Part shown: positions 25,263 to 38,400 of the stretch, piece by piece
How positions within the stretch are numbered: the first letter of the stretch is position 1
How the letters are laid out: each line of letters begins with the position of its first letter
Source: Lingula anatina
Taxonomy: Eukaryota; Animalia; Brachiopoda
NCBI GenBank assembly: GCA_051362555.1
Contig: JBPQGU010000016.1
Location: forward strand, 6,324,001-6,388,000
Length of the DNA stretch: 64,000 nt
Direction of reading: 5' to 3'
Translations under genes and position numbers: made by a program
Notes under the pieces: model-generated
Database searches by the model: none
Seen by the model: the letters and a program-made list of their open reading frames with translations, nothing else
What the model was told of the DNA's origin: nothing

Positions 25263-28200
25263 ACAGTGTCTGTGTGTCTCTCTCACGCAATCATATAACA
25301 AAGTTATTTATTTATTTCTGTATTCTATGTTACAGGCATATCTGAACTCCCATTCTGTTCTGGGGCAGATATTGGACCCCAGTAAGAGAAGAGATATTGT
25401 ACTAGCCTCCAAGGTTGGCAATGGAAAAGGCGCAAATAGTGCGCCATACACTGCTGAAGACATAGACCAAGCCGTTACGACCAGTCTAGAAAAGTTGAAG
25501 ACGGATTATATTGATCTGTACCAGGTAAGTCGTCACGAGGCACATGTGAATGAATGCATGATTTTGATAACATACTTGTGCATGTTGTTGATCATAATGG
25601 TTATTATGATAAACAAGGCAGCAAAGCTGTCAAATGTACAGACCAAAAGCAGAAAATAAAAAGACCCAGAGAGTGCAGACCACAACCAAGGAAACTTACT
25701 TATTATTATTAGTAATTATGCATTAATTATACATACATTAATTATACATATAGAATAAAGTAATTTGTGAGATAACAGTATCACACTGTCATCCTTGCAA
25801 TGTACACAGTATATCACCAAGCTATTCAAGGCATATATTGCCAGAGAGCATTATTTGAGATACATAGTGTAAGTGCCAGCATTTCACAGAAAAATCATGT
25901 GTAATGTGTGAGATAGCACTCTGTCATCTGAGTGATATTGTGAGTTATGGGAGAACAGCCCAAGTGTCAGCTAGTGGTTTAAGGCAAATATTGTGACAGG
26001 CTGGCAGTGAATTTATGGCAATTCTGAGAGAAAGTACTTGCCTTTCGCCAAAAAATTATTTTAAAACCAAATAAAAGGCAAAGAAAGATCAAAAATATGT
26101 TTACCTATGAAGCATCACACATTACCCTTCATCAGATTGTCTTGATTACTGTACATGACTTACTCCCTCTTGTGAGCTTTTCAGAAAGAGTTTGATTTAA
26201 AAAAACATTTTATCATACAATTATTATTGGGTAGAGCTGAAATGCGCAATACGACGCAATACAGCACAATACACTGGGAAAAACGAAAGCGAGAGTGAGT
26301 AAATACTAGAAAAGGTCTGTAACATTAAAACAGGTTAATATGAAAGAGAAGTATTGCTGGATAAAAAATATCTTTTGCCAAACTTCAGCTGTTGGTACCA
26401 TCAGCCTTATACCTATAAAATGGTCGGGTCTTTCGCCATATTGAAAACCCTAGTGGAGCTATCAGCATCTATTGGTGTTAGTTTCAGAGTTTCTTTGTGA
26501 CTTTATCAGCTTAATAAATTAATGTTGATTTTATTTTTGTGTACTTATCGTTTTTTTTTTTTTTTTTTTTCATATTTTTATGTTTATATTTATCATAAGA
26601 AGCAGCTGATCAGACTGGATTTTAAATGAATCCATTCAATGCGTAAATTTCAATTAACAGTGGATTGATTTTCTCTCTTTCATTTGTGTGAAAATATATA
26701 ATATGATGAACATTTTAAATGGGCTGTTGTATGACTGTTTGCATTAATAAATTTTACAATTTAAGATAAACATGGAGAAAATGATACCAGCAGTCTTGGG
26801 TAATCTAATTTTTTTATTAGTTTAATTCAAATAACTTTAATAAGCCCATATTAACAGAAGACTCATGTACATGAATGCTAAATTTACTTCAAATTTAAGT
26901 GTAAGTTTTATGTGTATTTATAATTTTTTCTCAGGTAATTTCTGCTTTTTTAATTTTTGTTTTGGTGAAGGCTCATGCATATATTTAAGATGATTATTAT
27001 CATTCTTTTTATTTTCAGTTTGCACGAGGGTTTAATTTGTGGCATTTGCTTTTCTAAGCTCTTTAAAATTCAGCAGTACTCAGTACATGGATGTTGTATT
27101 TCAATATTTTAAAAATGCATTGGAGAGGATTCAGATATCAAATTTGATATTCAAAATTTCTCCCACAATGTATAAACCTATTAATGAACATATTAATTTT
27201 TGTCACAAACTCATCATTTACATCATTCATATTTCACTCACTACAAAAATTAAATTTAAGAGCAGCAATGATGAATGATGCATGTGCGCAATGTACATCA
27301 GGGTAGCAACTAGTTTTCTCAAATATCTCAGGGGTATGATTATTTTATATTATTATTTTCTCACTATTTATTCCTTTAATTGTACCACCAGCGTTAGCGC
27401 TGGCGGTACACATGGTTTCGGTCCCGTCCGGATCGTTCCGCCGGCTCCGCCGGCTCCGCCGGCTCCGTTGGCTCCGCCGGACGGCTACCGTTACCGCTTC
27501 TCCTCCTAGATGGTAAGGGCCCCCGTACCCATCTCATGGATTTAGGTCACCTATAATCTCAACTCGTTCCACGTAAAATTTGGGCTTTGTCGGTATTGGG
27601 GTCTGGGTGTGGCACTCATTGCAATGCACCCTTGTCTAAAAATGGCAAAATTAAATGCTAATTATCTACCCTACGGAAGGAGTTATGGGAAAAATTTCTA
27701 TAGACGGCTTTCCAAAAGTCATATGTGTAGATTTCAAATATACCCTTGGATTTGACCTTTGACCTCTACTTCAAGGTCAAATGGGCCAAAATTTTCAAAA
27801 AAATGAAATTTTTTACGAAAAAAAATTTTTTTGCCCTGTTATTCAGACACCACAGAGACTTAACCAATAATATTATTGGAAAGTGTTACCCTTCAGGTCA
27901 TCTTTCATCTCCATGAATTTGGGGTCAATCGGTGCATTTTCACGGGAGTAGCGGCCATAAGATACCGAAACTGAAAACTGTCTCTAATTCGGGAACCGTT
28001 AATGCTAGAGACCCATTCTTTTTTGCATTTTGTAGAGCATGTAAAGCCCAACACTGGAGGTGGTCTCGGTTTTTTTGTATTCCATACGGTTTTCGAGTTA
28101 CACTGTATCAAAAAGTACATATTGGTGGTAAAAGCAAAATGTGCAGTACGGTAATGGATAATAAATTTTGAACTCTGAAAAAATAAAACATAAGGCTTGG

Positions 28201-31200
28201 CAAAGCAGACAACTTGTGTTCAAAAATGACATTATTTCATCAAATTTGAACTTCTGAAACTTCAGAGCACCTCCTATTTCAAGAATTTTGACCAAAATGA
28301 CATTTTCTTTATTTTAATTAATTTTTTCTGTACGAAATTTAAGGCACATTATGGTAACTCCAAAATTATAACATCTAGTCCCTTATATCTCCAAAACTGG
28401 CAGAGATAGGTCCATAGTTACTATTGAAGTTGAATAGGAAGTCATACACTGGCAATCTTACTATGACCTTGAAATTGACCTTTGACCTACTTTTCACCAT
28501 GAACTGAACTTTGCAAATTTTTCTTCCCTTTTATCTCCAAAACTGGCAGAGATAGGTCCATAGTTACTATTGAACTTGAATAGGAAGTCATATACTGGCA
28601 ATCTAAATGTGACCTTAAAATTGACCTTTGACCTACTTTACACCATGAACTGAATTTTGCAAATTTTGCTTTCCTTTTATCTCCAAAACTGGCAGAGATA
28701 GGTCCGTAGTTACTATTGAACTTGAATAGGAAGTCATATACTGGCAATCTATATGTGACATTAAAATTGACCTTTGACCTACTTTTCACCATGAACTGAA
28801 TTTTGCAAATTTTGCTTTCCTTTTATCTCCAAAACTGGCTGAGATAGGTCCATAGTTACTATTGAACTTGAATAGGAAGTCATATACTGGCAATCTAAAT
28901 GTGACCTTGAAATTGACCTTTGACCTACTTTTCACCATAAACTGAACTTTGCAAAATTTGCTTCCCTTTTATCTCCAAAACTGGCAGAGATAGGTCCATA
29001 GTTACTATTGAACTTGAATAGGAAGTCATATACTGGCAATCTAAATGTGACCTTTAAATTGACCTTTGTCCTACTTTTCACCATAAACTGAACTTTGCAA
29101 ATTTTGCTTCCCTTTTATCTCCAAAACTGGCAGAGATAGGTCCATAGTTACTATTGAACTTGAATAGGAAGTCATATACTGGCAATCTAAATGTGACCTT
29201 GAAATTGACCTTTGACCTACTTTTCACCATGAACTGAACTTTGCAAACTTTTCTTCCCTTTTATCTCCAAAACTGGCTGAGATAGGTCCATAGTTACTAT
29301 TGAACTTGAATAGGAAGTCATATACTGGCAATCTAAATGTGACCTTGAAATTGACCTTTGACCTACTTTTCACCATAAACTGAACTTTGCAAAATTTGCT
29401 TCCCTTTTATCTCCAAAACTGGCAGAGATAGGTCCATAGTTACTATTGAACTTGAATAGGAAGTCATATACTGGCAATCTAAATGTGACCTTAAAATTGA
29501 CCTTTGTCCTACTTTTCACCATAAACTGAACTTTGCAAATTTTGCTTCCCTTTTATCTCCAAAACTGGCAGAGATAGGTCCATAGTTACTATTGAACTTG
29601 AATAGGAAGTCATATACTGGCAATCTAAATGTGACCTTGAAATTGACCTTTGACCTACTTTTCACCATGAACTGAACTTTGCAAACTTTTCTTCCCTTTT
29701 ATCTCCAAAACTGGCTGAGATAGGTCCATAGTTACTATTGAACTTGAATAGGAAGTCATATACTGGCAATCTAAATGTGACCTTGAAATTGACCTTTGAC
29801 CTACTTTTCACCATGAACTAAATTTTACAAATTTTGCTTCCCTTTTATCTCCAAAACTGGCTGAGATAGGTCCATAGTTACTATTGAAGTTGAATAGGAA
29901 GTCCTATACTGGCAATCTAAGTGTGACCTTGAAATTGACCTTTGACCTACTTTTTATCATGAACTGAACTCTGTTTATTTCTTTCTCTTTTAACTTCAAA
30001 CTTGACAGAGATAGGTCCATAGTTACTCTTGAACTTGAATAGGAAGTCATATACTGGCAATTTACTGTGACCTTGAAATTGACCCTTGACCTACCTTACG
30101 AAGAACTTAAAATTTGATTGTACCAAGGAGTTATAACAGAAGGAGATTACACGCAAGCCTTTCTATTGTCCGATGTCTGTTACGGTGGGCGGAGCTAGCT
30201 ACGGGGGGCCTCCTGTCTCAAGGTTTCGTCTGCGTCGCTCTCCTCAGCTTGGAGATTGATTTTATATGCGTTATTTCGCGTTAGAATTCGAGATCAGTAA
30301 TGTCAAAGCGCCGCTGTATGCTGACGATTTTTTTCACAGGTAATTATTTGGACGATGTGCTGGAAGGGAACGATATCATAGAAAGCGATTATAAGGTGGT
30401 GACTGAGGATGGTCGCCATGAGCTTTTTTTAGTCGGTGATAGATGGCTTTTTTATGGCACAACCCGGTGAAAAATCACCAAGGAGAAGTCAAAAGAAAAC
30501 GTCCCAACTGTGGTTTGTGAAAATGACGTTCAAGTGAACGTCTGTCCTCACTGCCAAAGGACATAATATTAATACATTAACGTTTGGACCCTCCTGCCCT
30601 TGGGTCCCATGAACATATACATTGTGACAGTGCCTACGCTTTGTGTCTGGTTTTAAATTTCTTAAAGTATTTTATCTCTCACTCGGTATAATTTTATTTT
30701 TAATATTATAATGCATTTAATTAAAATTTTAATCCAAGGTTGAGGCAATGCCACGACACGTCAGTTTACTGAATACTCGTTATAAATTTCTTTATCTTGG
30801 AAATTTCCCTTTTTTTCAGGATTATTTGACACGTACTAACACTGTTCATATTTGTCGGTAAACAAGTGCACAGTGCTATACATTAAGAATAATTTTTATT
30901 CATTCAGAAATATATTTATGTACAAAATATATCAGAAATTTTAGTATTCACTGAGCTCTTTAAAGTGAAACAAATAAAGATGAGAATATTGAATTTCAAA
31001 CTATTATTTACTATATTAACTTAAAATATCTTTTAAGTCAACTCTATACTCAAGCACTCTATACTCATGAAAGTAGCATCTGTGAGTAAAACCATTTTAT
31101 TATATCAATAGAAGAACAAAAACAAAAATTTTACACATAAGCAGTAATAAATGAAGTCATAAGAATGATTAAGTTGCTACAGTTTTCCAGTTTTATGCAG

Positions 31201-34200
31201 TCTATAATGGCATTTTTTTCAACCGTGCAAATAGAAATAATTATATTCTTTTTTATCTGACTTGCTGATACCAGTCTGTGCCAGATACTATTCCACTTAC
31301 AGGCCAGCAAGGTCTGAGAATCTAATGGGCCGAATGAAAAAAAAAAAATCCTAGAAGATAAAGTGGTTAATTCTTACAAATAGGATGAAAAACATGGGAT
31401 TTTCAAAAGGTTATTATAGATCAAGACAACACTTAGTAAGAACATTTATAAAATGTAACAGCTGAAAAAATTAACTGGTAAGTAAGCAGTAAGTGACTGC
31501 TTTAAAGAAATTTCACTGAAACAGAAATTTCACTGGCAATCAGGTAGACTGTTATACCATGGCACTCAACAATTTATATATATAGGTTTTGAATTTTTTT
31601 CCACGTAACAGTAACATAAAATTTATGTCCACTTTTGAAATGTATAGAGTCAGTTAGGTGACTGAAAATATTTTAAAATGTCATAAAGGAGCACTATTAA
31701 TTTAATGCAATCTCTGTTGGCCAGTCTTATCCAGTTTCTTCTCCAAAAAGGACAACTCAAGTGAGAATTTCTTCAGGGCCTTTTCTTCTGCTTTGCTAAT
31801 GCCATGCCACTCAGAAAAGAGAGAAACCTGTAGGTTAGAAAAAAAAAACATAATAATAGCATTATGAACTACTAGTATCCATGTAGACATTATGGAATTA
31901 TGCAGTGAAGTTTTATGTGTCTTGTTATGACTTGACTGAAATAATGTTCACCACATAAATGAACAATTTACAACTAAATTTATATGGAACATCAAGATTC
32001 ATGATTACAAGCTAATAACCCCAAGAAATTGAAAGAAATTGTACTTATTACAAGAAATTATTTAAATCCGCCCTGGTCCCTACTCTTCTGACAGGACAAA
32101 AAGGGGATTTCAGAGAGGCTGGTTGCTAAAAGGAAAATGCCCAAGGTTGTTGTATTTTGAAAAAAAAAATTAAAAAGGGTACTGTTGTTAGTGAATGTTT
32201 AATGCATCTTAGGCATTATGACAAAAAGTAACTTACCCCAGACACACTGACCTCCTTTTTTCATTGACATATTTTAATTTTTTCCAGCCTGACCATAATT
32301 CATATATTCAATGCAGCCTTCTCCCATATCTATAATAGAAAAAAAAACTTGAGTAGTGTTAAGATATGCATGTCAAATTCATTATCAATTTTGAGAGAAT
32401 TTCTGTTTCAACACTACAAGATGAAATATTTAATTTCAAGTAATGAATAAACCTTAATAGAGTTCTATTCTTTTGTAACCACCAAGGCAAAGCTTCTTTC
32501 TTAAAATGAACTGAAACATCCAAGCTTGCCACCTAACATGCCAAAGTAGTGAAGTATAATTTAAGTAGAGAAGCAAGTACCCCTTAATTATAGAGGTGTC
32601 TTACACAATAAGGTGTGTCTTACACACCTCGACTCAAAGAGAGATGTGTAGTGAGATAACAGGTAAAGTAATTGGTGGAGCCTAGGTGAACTTAAAACCT
32701 TAAGACTTTAAATTAAGAAGCACCAGGATTCATGTGTGTTCTTTTTTCAAAGGTTTAATATGAATTAAAACATATATATGTAAAAAGAAGACTAAATAAG
32801 TTAAAAATAACTATACCAAAGACACTGTGAAGTCAAACTTCCTGTTAGACCGCCATGATGGAAAATGCTGGGTGGAGGCAAAATTTTCCAGTCAAAAAAA
32901 CTGAGCACTTTACTTTAACAACAAAGTTACCACTCCAAAGCCACCCACCATGGTGAGAAGAAAAATGATGACCAACTGTCATGATAAGTCTTTTTAGATT
33001 TAGACATGAAAAAGGTAAAGGCCAAAATGGTACATTTACCCATAACACTAGAGTAAAAAATTGGTATTCTGAACAAATCGGGTTATTTTTTTCAAGAAAT
33101 ATTGGAGCAGTATCCATGCAATATATACCACGCCACGACCAAAATGTTCAAGAATCTAAACACACCAATTTTTTTTATAATCTTGCATTTGAAAAGTACA
33201 AAAAGCGGTAAGGCTTTCGGCCGTAACAAGCGTAACACTTTTTGATCGGAACTCATGAAAATTGTCAATTGTCGTATCCAAGCTAGACCACATGTAAAAT
33301 CGCAGAAAAAAAACAATACTGCTCAAGCAAGTGTGTTGCACACATAACAATTAGTTAAATTTTATGACTGTCATGTGACACAAGTTTCAAAAAGTAGGAG
33401 GAAAATGTCTTTTGGAGTAATTTTTTTTTCGAAAAATTAGCAAGATGGCAGCTTAAGCATCTGCTTGTTATTCGGCTACTGAAACTGCACCTAAGTTTTA
33501 TTCTTTGCTATTGCCACAAATTACTTAACAATTGCAACTGTATAAAGACCAAACTTTCTTCATCTGATACTATATTTATAGGCACTTGTTATGAGTGGGA
33601 AATATTTTTCGTGCAATATTTATTCTCCACACACCACCTCGCGAGATCAACGTGTAGCTGGACACTTACACAGTGAGACCCTGCGACATAAAAGTTGCAA
33701 TTTATCTTCATATTTCGTGTAGTTATGCATTTAAAAGCACTTACCTGTTTTTTGAAAACCTTGTCCAACGTAATATCATATAAATTCTGTATTTCTCTCA
33801 TTTTTTAGAAACTTGGGACTCCGTTTCTGTTTCTGTCCTCAAAAATCAACAGACGAAGGCACAGATACTAACAAACGAGATTTAAACGAGACAGCAATTA
33901 AGCGTAACAGAGATAGGCATCCATTGTTCTCTGGGTTCTATTCATTCCGACCAATGAGAGACCGTAATACGGGCTCCGCCCCCACGCGTGTAATCTCCTT
34001 CTGTTATAACTCCTTGATTGTACCATATATATTTTTTGCAATAGTTTAAAAATTCTTGTTGATTGCATTTTTACAGCTTGTCAAGCACAAAACTGGTGGC
34101 TGTGTCCCTTATTTTGTGTATGTGGGGGTCTATACGAATGCGTTTGCTCCAGCTGGTGGTACAATATTTGGAGGCGGTATCGCCTCTCTGATCCTCTAGT

Positions 34201-35401
34201 TTTTACTTGGATTTTGATATACATGCAATTAAAATGGATTTTGATATACAATCGAAGTCCTCATTGCTTTAAGCTGAACAAGAGGATCCAAATCAATTTT
34301 CCAAAGATGTTTTACAAGCTAAAATCCTTGCAAATGCAAGCTGTCATAGGACAAAAATAAAACATGTTCCACAGTTTGAATCTCATCACAGATACATTTC
34401 TAACATTTTAAAGTGACGCAGGACCACTGCAAATTCATACTCTACCAATTCATGTCTACCATTGACTTTATTTACAGGGTGACTCCACTTACCCAATGAA
34501 ATGAATTTTTTTCCCAGGGAAATGAGGACATTTTATTCTTAGGAATAATATGACAATCCCTCTCTGCCCTTGGATTCAACCTTTAAAATAATTAAGGATG
34601 ATTTATTGTTTACAACCACTCTTGTCAGGCATAATAATGTAACCAGCATCCATCTCCCAGCTTCTATTGAAGTATCAACATCTGGTACATTTTAGAATAT
34701 ATATTTTGTTTATAAGAAGCTGTGGATCGGCACTGTGGATAGCTTTAATCAGCAGTTTTGGGTCAGGGGTTTTCAAACCCATGGAATGGTCGACCTAACA
34801 TGCTCAAAATTAAATCCAAAGGGGACTTGGGAGAACATCTGTTCATTTTTGCCAAAATGCAGCAAAGGACAATTTTCTGTTACTATATAGCCAATTAGTT
34901 TATGAATCCATTCCCGCATTAAAGGAGATTATTGGTGAGTGCATATAGCTATTTACGGAGGTCATGTTACATGTATGTGTTGGCCAGCACAAACTCAATA
35001 ATAATGCATTAGCCACCCTTTTGGTGGTAAAATGGAATTTATTATTTCTGTGAGCTGTTTAGAATGCATTTATTGAATAGTTCTTAAGTTAACTGCATAG
35101 CGGATGGATTAAGAGAAATTTTTCTTTGAGATCATTAAACTGCATTTATGACAAATGATTCGTCTTATTTGCTCAGGCTAGTTAGTAGGTTTAGTTCAGT
35201 AGCTCTTGGGCCTTTGCACACCCCCATTGTGACCAAGAAACAATGTGAAATTACTTTCATATGAATTTATTTGCTGGAGATAAATATGCTTAACTATGAA
35301 AAACTTCTTTTACCTCTATAAATATCGAAGAGGCCATATAGCAAAAGTCCAAAGGTTCATTGGGCTAAAGGTTCGATAGACCAAATTAATGCATGGATAA
35401 A

Positions 35402-35455
<54 letters not shown>

Positions 35456-38400
35456 TACTGGCTATAAAGTAAATTAAGTTCGTTGGATGTGCATACAATT
35501 GATTTTTCAAAACAATTAACCCTAGGACCTAGGAATCTTAAGATCAGTCACCAAAGCACAGGCAACTAAAAAGTAATAAGTACAGAACAAACAAAACTGT
35601 TGTTACAATATATCATAAATCTTTGTATTGACAGTGACTCCACTATATACTACTGCAATCTTCACCAGTGATTATACTCTGTTCAGTTCAGTTCAAGCAA
35701 CCAAAAAAATATATATAAATTACAATCACTGCAAGACAAATTCTGAAGACATTAACCTAAAAAAAGCAGTTCAGAGACATCTGAAGTCTAAATCCAAAAC
35801 ACTGATAAGACCCCTACATGATAATTTTGCTGCATGCTGACTCCCTTGGAAGTGTTACTGTTCTATCTGCTCTCTTTCTCTTTCGTTGGTTAGGCTTTTT
35901 CCCATTGCATGTTCCTCCGATCAAATTCAACCCACAGGCAGAAACCATATTTCGCCTATCTTTGGGCATATTAAAAAACCTTTGAGTGTGTTTTTTCCTT
36001 GACTCTGCACTTTTACCTGCCCATGCACACCTGTCTACACTGAATCTATCGAAATATGAGTCCAGTCGAAATTCCCCCCTCCCAATGAAGGCTCTCTCCA
36101 TGTCCAAATATTGTCCCTTGACAATTTCATACAGTGAATTAACCAGAGTCATAGTATCTTGAGGTTGCCAATTTACTTTCATCTTGATAATGTGATTTGC
36201 TGATTCACAAATATTGTTTGTCCATGCAATGGGTAAATCTTGGTGTCTTTCTTTAGTTTTGAAGTTTTCCTGTAACAGCAGAAGGATATTCTCTAAATAA
36301 TGTTTTTCAAATTGGGGGAAATTTTCAATATTTCTTAGTACTGTCTGGCTCCTTTCCTCAAAAAATGACTTGATTGTCTGAATATATTAGTCCATTTTGG
36401 CCAAATATCGCTGAAATTATTTTGTTTCTTTCTTTTTCGTTGGCCCCAGTTTTATCTTTCAAAAAATTTACAGCATGGTTTTTTATGTGTCGATAACAAG
36501 AAATGTGATCAGTGTTTTTGCCAAGGCCAAAGTTTGCACCTTTCTTGATTGCTTTTTCTTCATCACTTCCGATGACTAAATTTGGATTTTTTATTGGAAT
36601 TTCCATTGCGATAGAATTGAAAAAGTTCCCAAATGTCTTCCAGTCTGATTGTCCATGGATAAGAATAGGTCCTAAAAATATGGGGTGGTCTTGGGTCTTG
36701 GTTCTTATTAATCCTAGGTGCTTGTATGTCAAAGAAGTCACGTGAAGTTGTCCCAGGTTGTATGTTTTGTCGACTCCCAAAACTGTAGTGCTGATGTTGG
36801 GAGCAGCGCAGCAGAATTGTGTGATGTCGGCGATCTGCTCATCCGTGTACAACATAACACTTGGGGATTTGCTCTTAATGTGATTTATACTATGAATAAA
36901 AGGGTGTTCATGGAGTGAATTGTGTAAGATAATGAAGTCTTTTGCTATATTAGAAGGTCCAGAAGTCGAAGAGCTAGCCTTTTTTCTTTCGTAACACTTT
37001 TTATTAGCAATCTGTTTCAAATTTGATGGTCTTTTGTTTTCTGAGTCGGCTTCACGGACCAGCTTTTTGTAAAGTTCACGTGGTTTGGCATCACGTTCAG
37101 CACTTATGCAGTCCATGACATAGTCTGAAGTGCGGTAATAGGGGTTTACTGTGACTTTAGCATTACCGTGGACACTACTATGTCCCAATGTATTCAACAA
37201 GGGCGATGGCTGGTTGCATATCTTCAATCATTGTTATCCTTCTTCTGTATTCAGGATTGCGTTTGGAACTAGTATAGTATCTGTGAAGTTGTAATACTTG
37301 GGAAGGTTGGGGTTCCATGGGAACAGCATGTCTTTTCTTATTTGTTTGTCTGTATACACAAAACAATCCATCTTTTTTAACGACAGTTATCCATTTAGAC
37401 TCTACCTTGGCTTTGTAAGTTGTGGGTGAGTGGGTCCCACCCCAAGCCCCACAGTCGTCTATGAAATTACTGCTAAGGCCAGCGGCACGACGCTCTACGT
37501 TTTTTTTGTTTTTTTTTTTGTTATTTGAACATTACGTTTTCCTTTTTGCCATCTGGAATGCATGTAAGTATGTCTTCTGCTGAATGGAGTATTTCTAACA
37601 CTTCTGCTTCTGTAACAAATTTCCTCCCTGTAAACTTTTTTCCACACGACAATGGGTCAAGGTTTTCTTCAGGTATATCACTGCTGTTAAGGGTGCATTC
37701 TTGGTCTAGATCAGATTCCTGTTCACTGCTAATGTCTACATCTATTATTGGCGATTCAGTGTTCCGTATGTATCTCCAAGAAAAGAGAGAAATGGTTTTG
37801 ACTGAATTCCTGCATAGTGTGGGGCATCTTAGTATTCGTCCACATCATGATGGCTTGTGGTAAGGCAGAGCTACTGACTCCTCTTCCAGCTACTTTTCCT
37901 GATAGAGGGGTGCTCAAAATGCTCATTCAATACAGGGGGGCAATATAACCTGAAAAAAACAACAATAATTAATCAAAAATTGGACAAAAAATTTGCCCTA
38001 TTTAAAACAACAACACAGGTTTATTATAGCTTCGAAACTACGCTACGTCACTACATCTACAGTTATAAAATGATTAACAAAATCTCAATAATCCAGTCCT
38101 AGGGAAGCACCCTGCATCCCAGCGCCCTAGATGTGAGATAACCGGGTTAAGAGGAAATTTACATTAGTTCTTTAGTGAACATGCTTTTTAACAACAGTTA
38201 GCCATTTAGACTCTACCTTGGCTTTGTAAGTTGTGGGTGAGTGGGTCCCACCCCAAGCCCCACAATCGTCTATGAAATTACTGCTAGGTCCAGCGGCACG
38301 ACGCTCTACGTTTTTCTTGTTATTTATTTTGAACATTACATTTTCCTTTTTACCATCTGGAATGCATGTAAGTATGTCTTCTGCTGAATGGAGTATTTCT

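Larger units (their letters stand above)
27375..34200 (+). mobile_element. Helentron-associated non-autonomous element (HINE/Pearl-like) with internal satellite and nested insertion
   Basis: 5' subTIR ATTGTACCACCAGC with local inverted copy GCTGGCGGTACA; (CCGGCTCCG)n short repeat; tandem array; 3' subTIR GCTGGTGGTACAAT (34152-34165), hairpin GAGGCG-GTAT-CGCCTC, CTAGT followed by a T run. Confidence 0.8.

Noticed and set aside
27282-27509. Pro/Ala-repeat ORF
   Set aside because: Comes from the 9-bp CCGGCTCCG repeat at the Helentron-type 5' end.
28380-30095. Regular repeats as a CRISPR array
   Set aside because: Units are contiguous and near-identical with no unique spacers; eukaryotic context, no cas genes.
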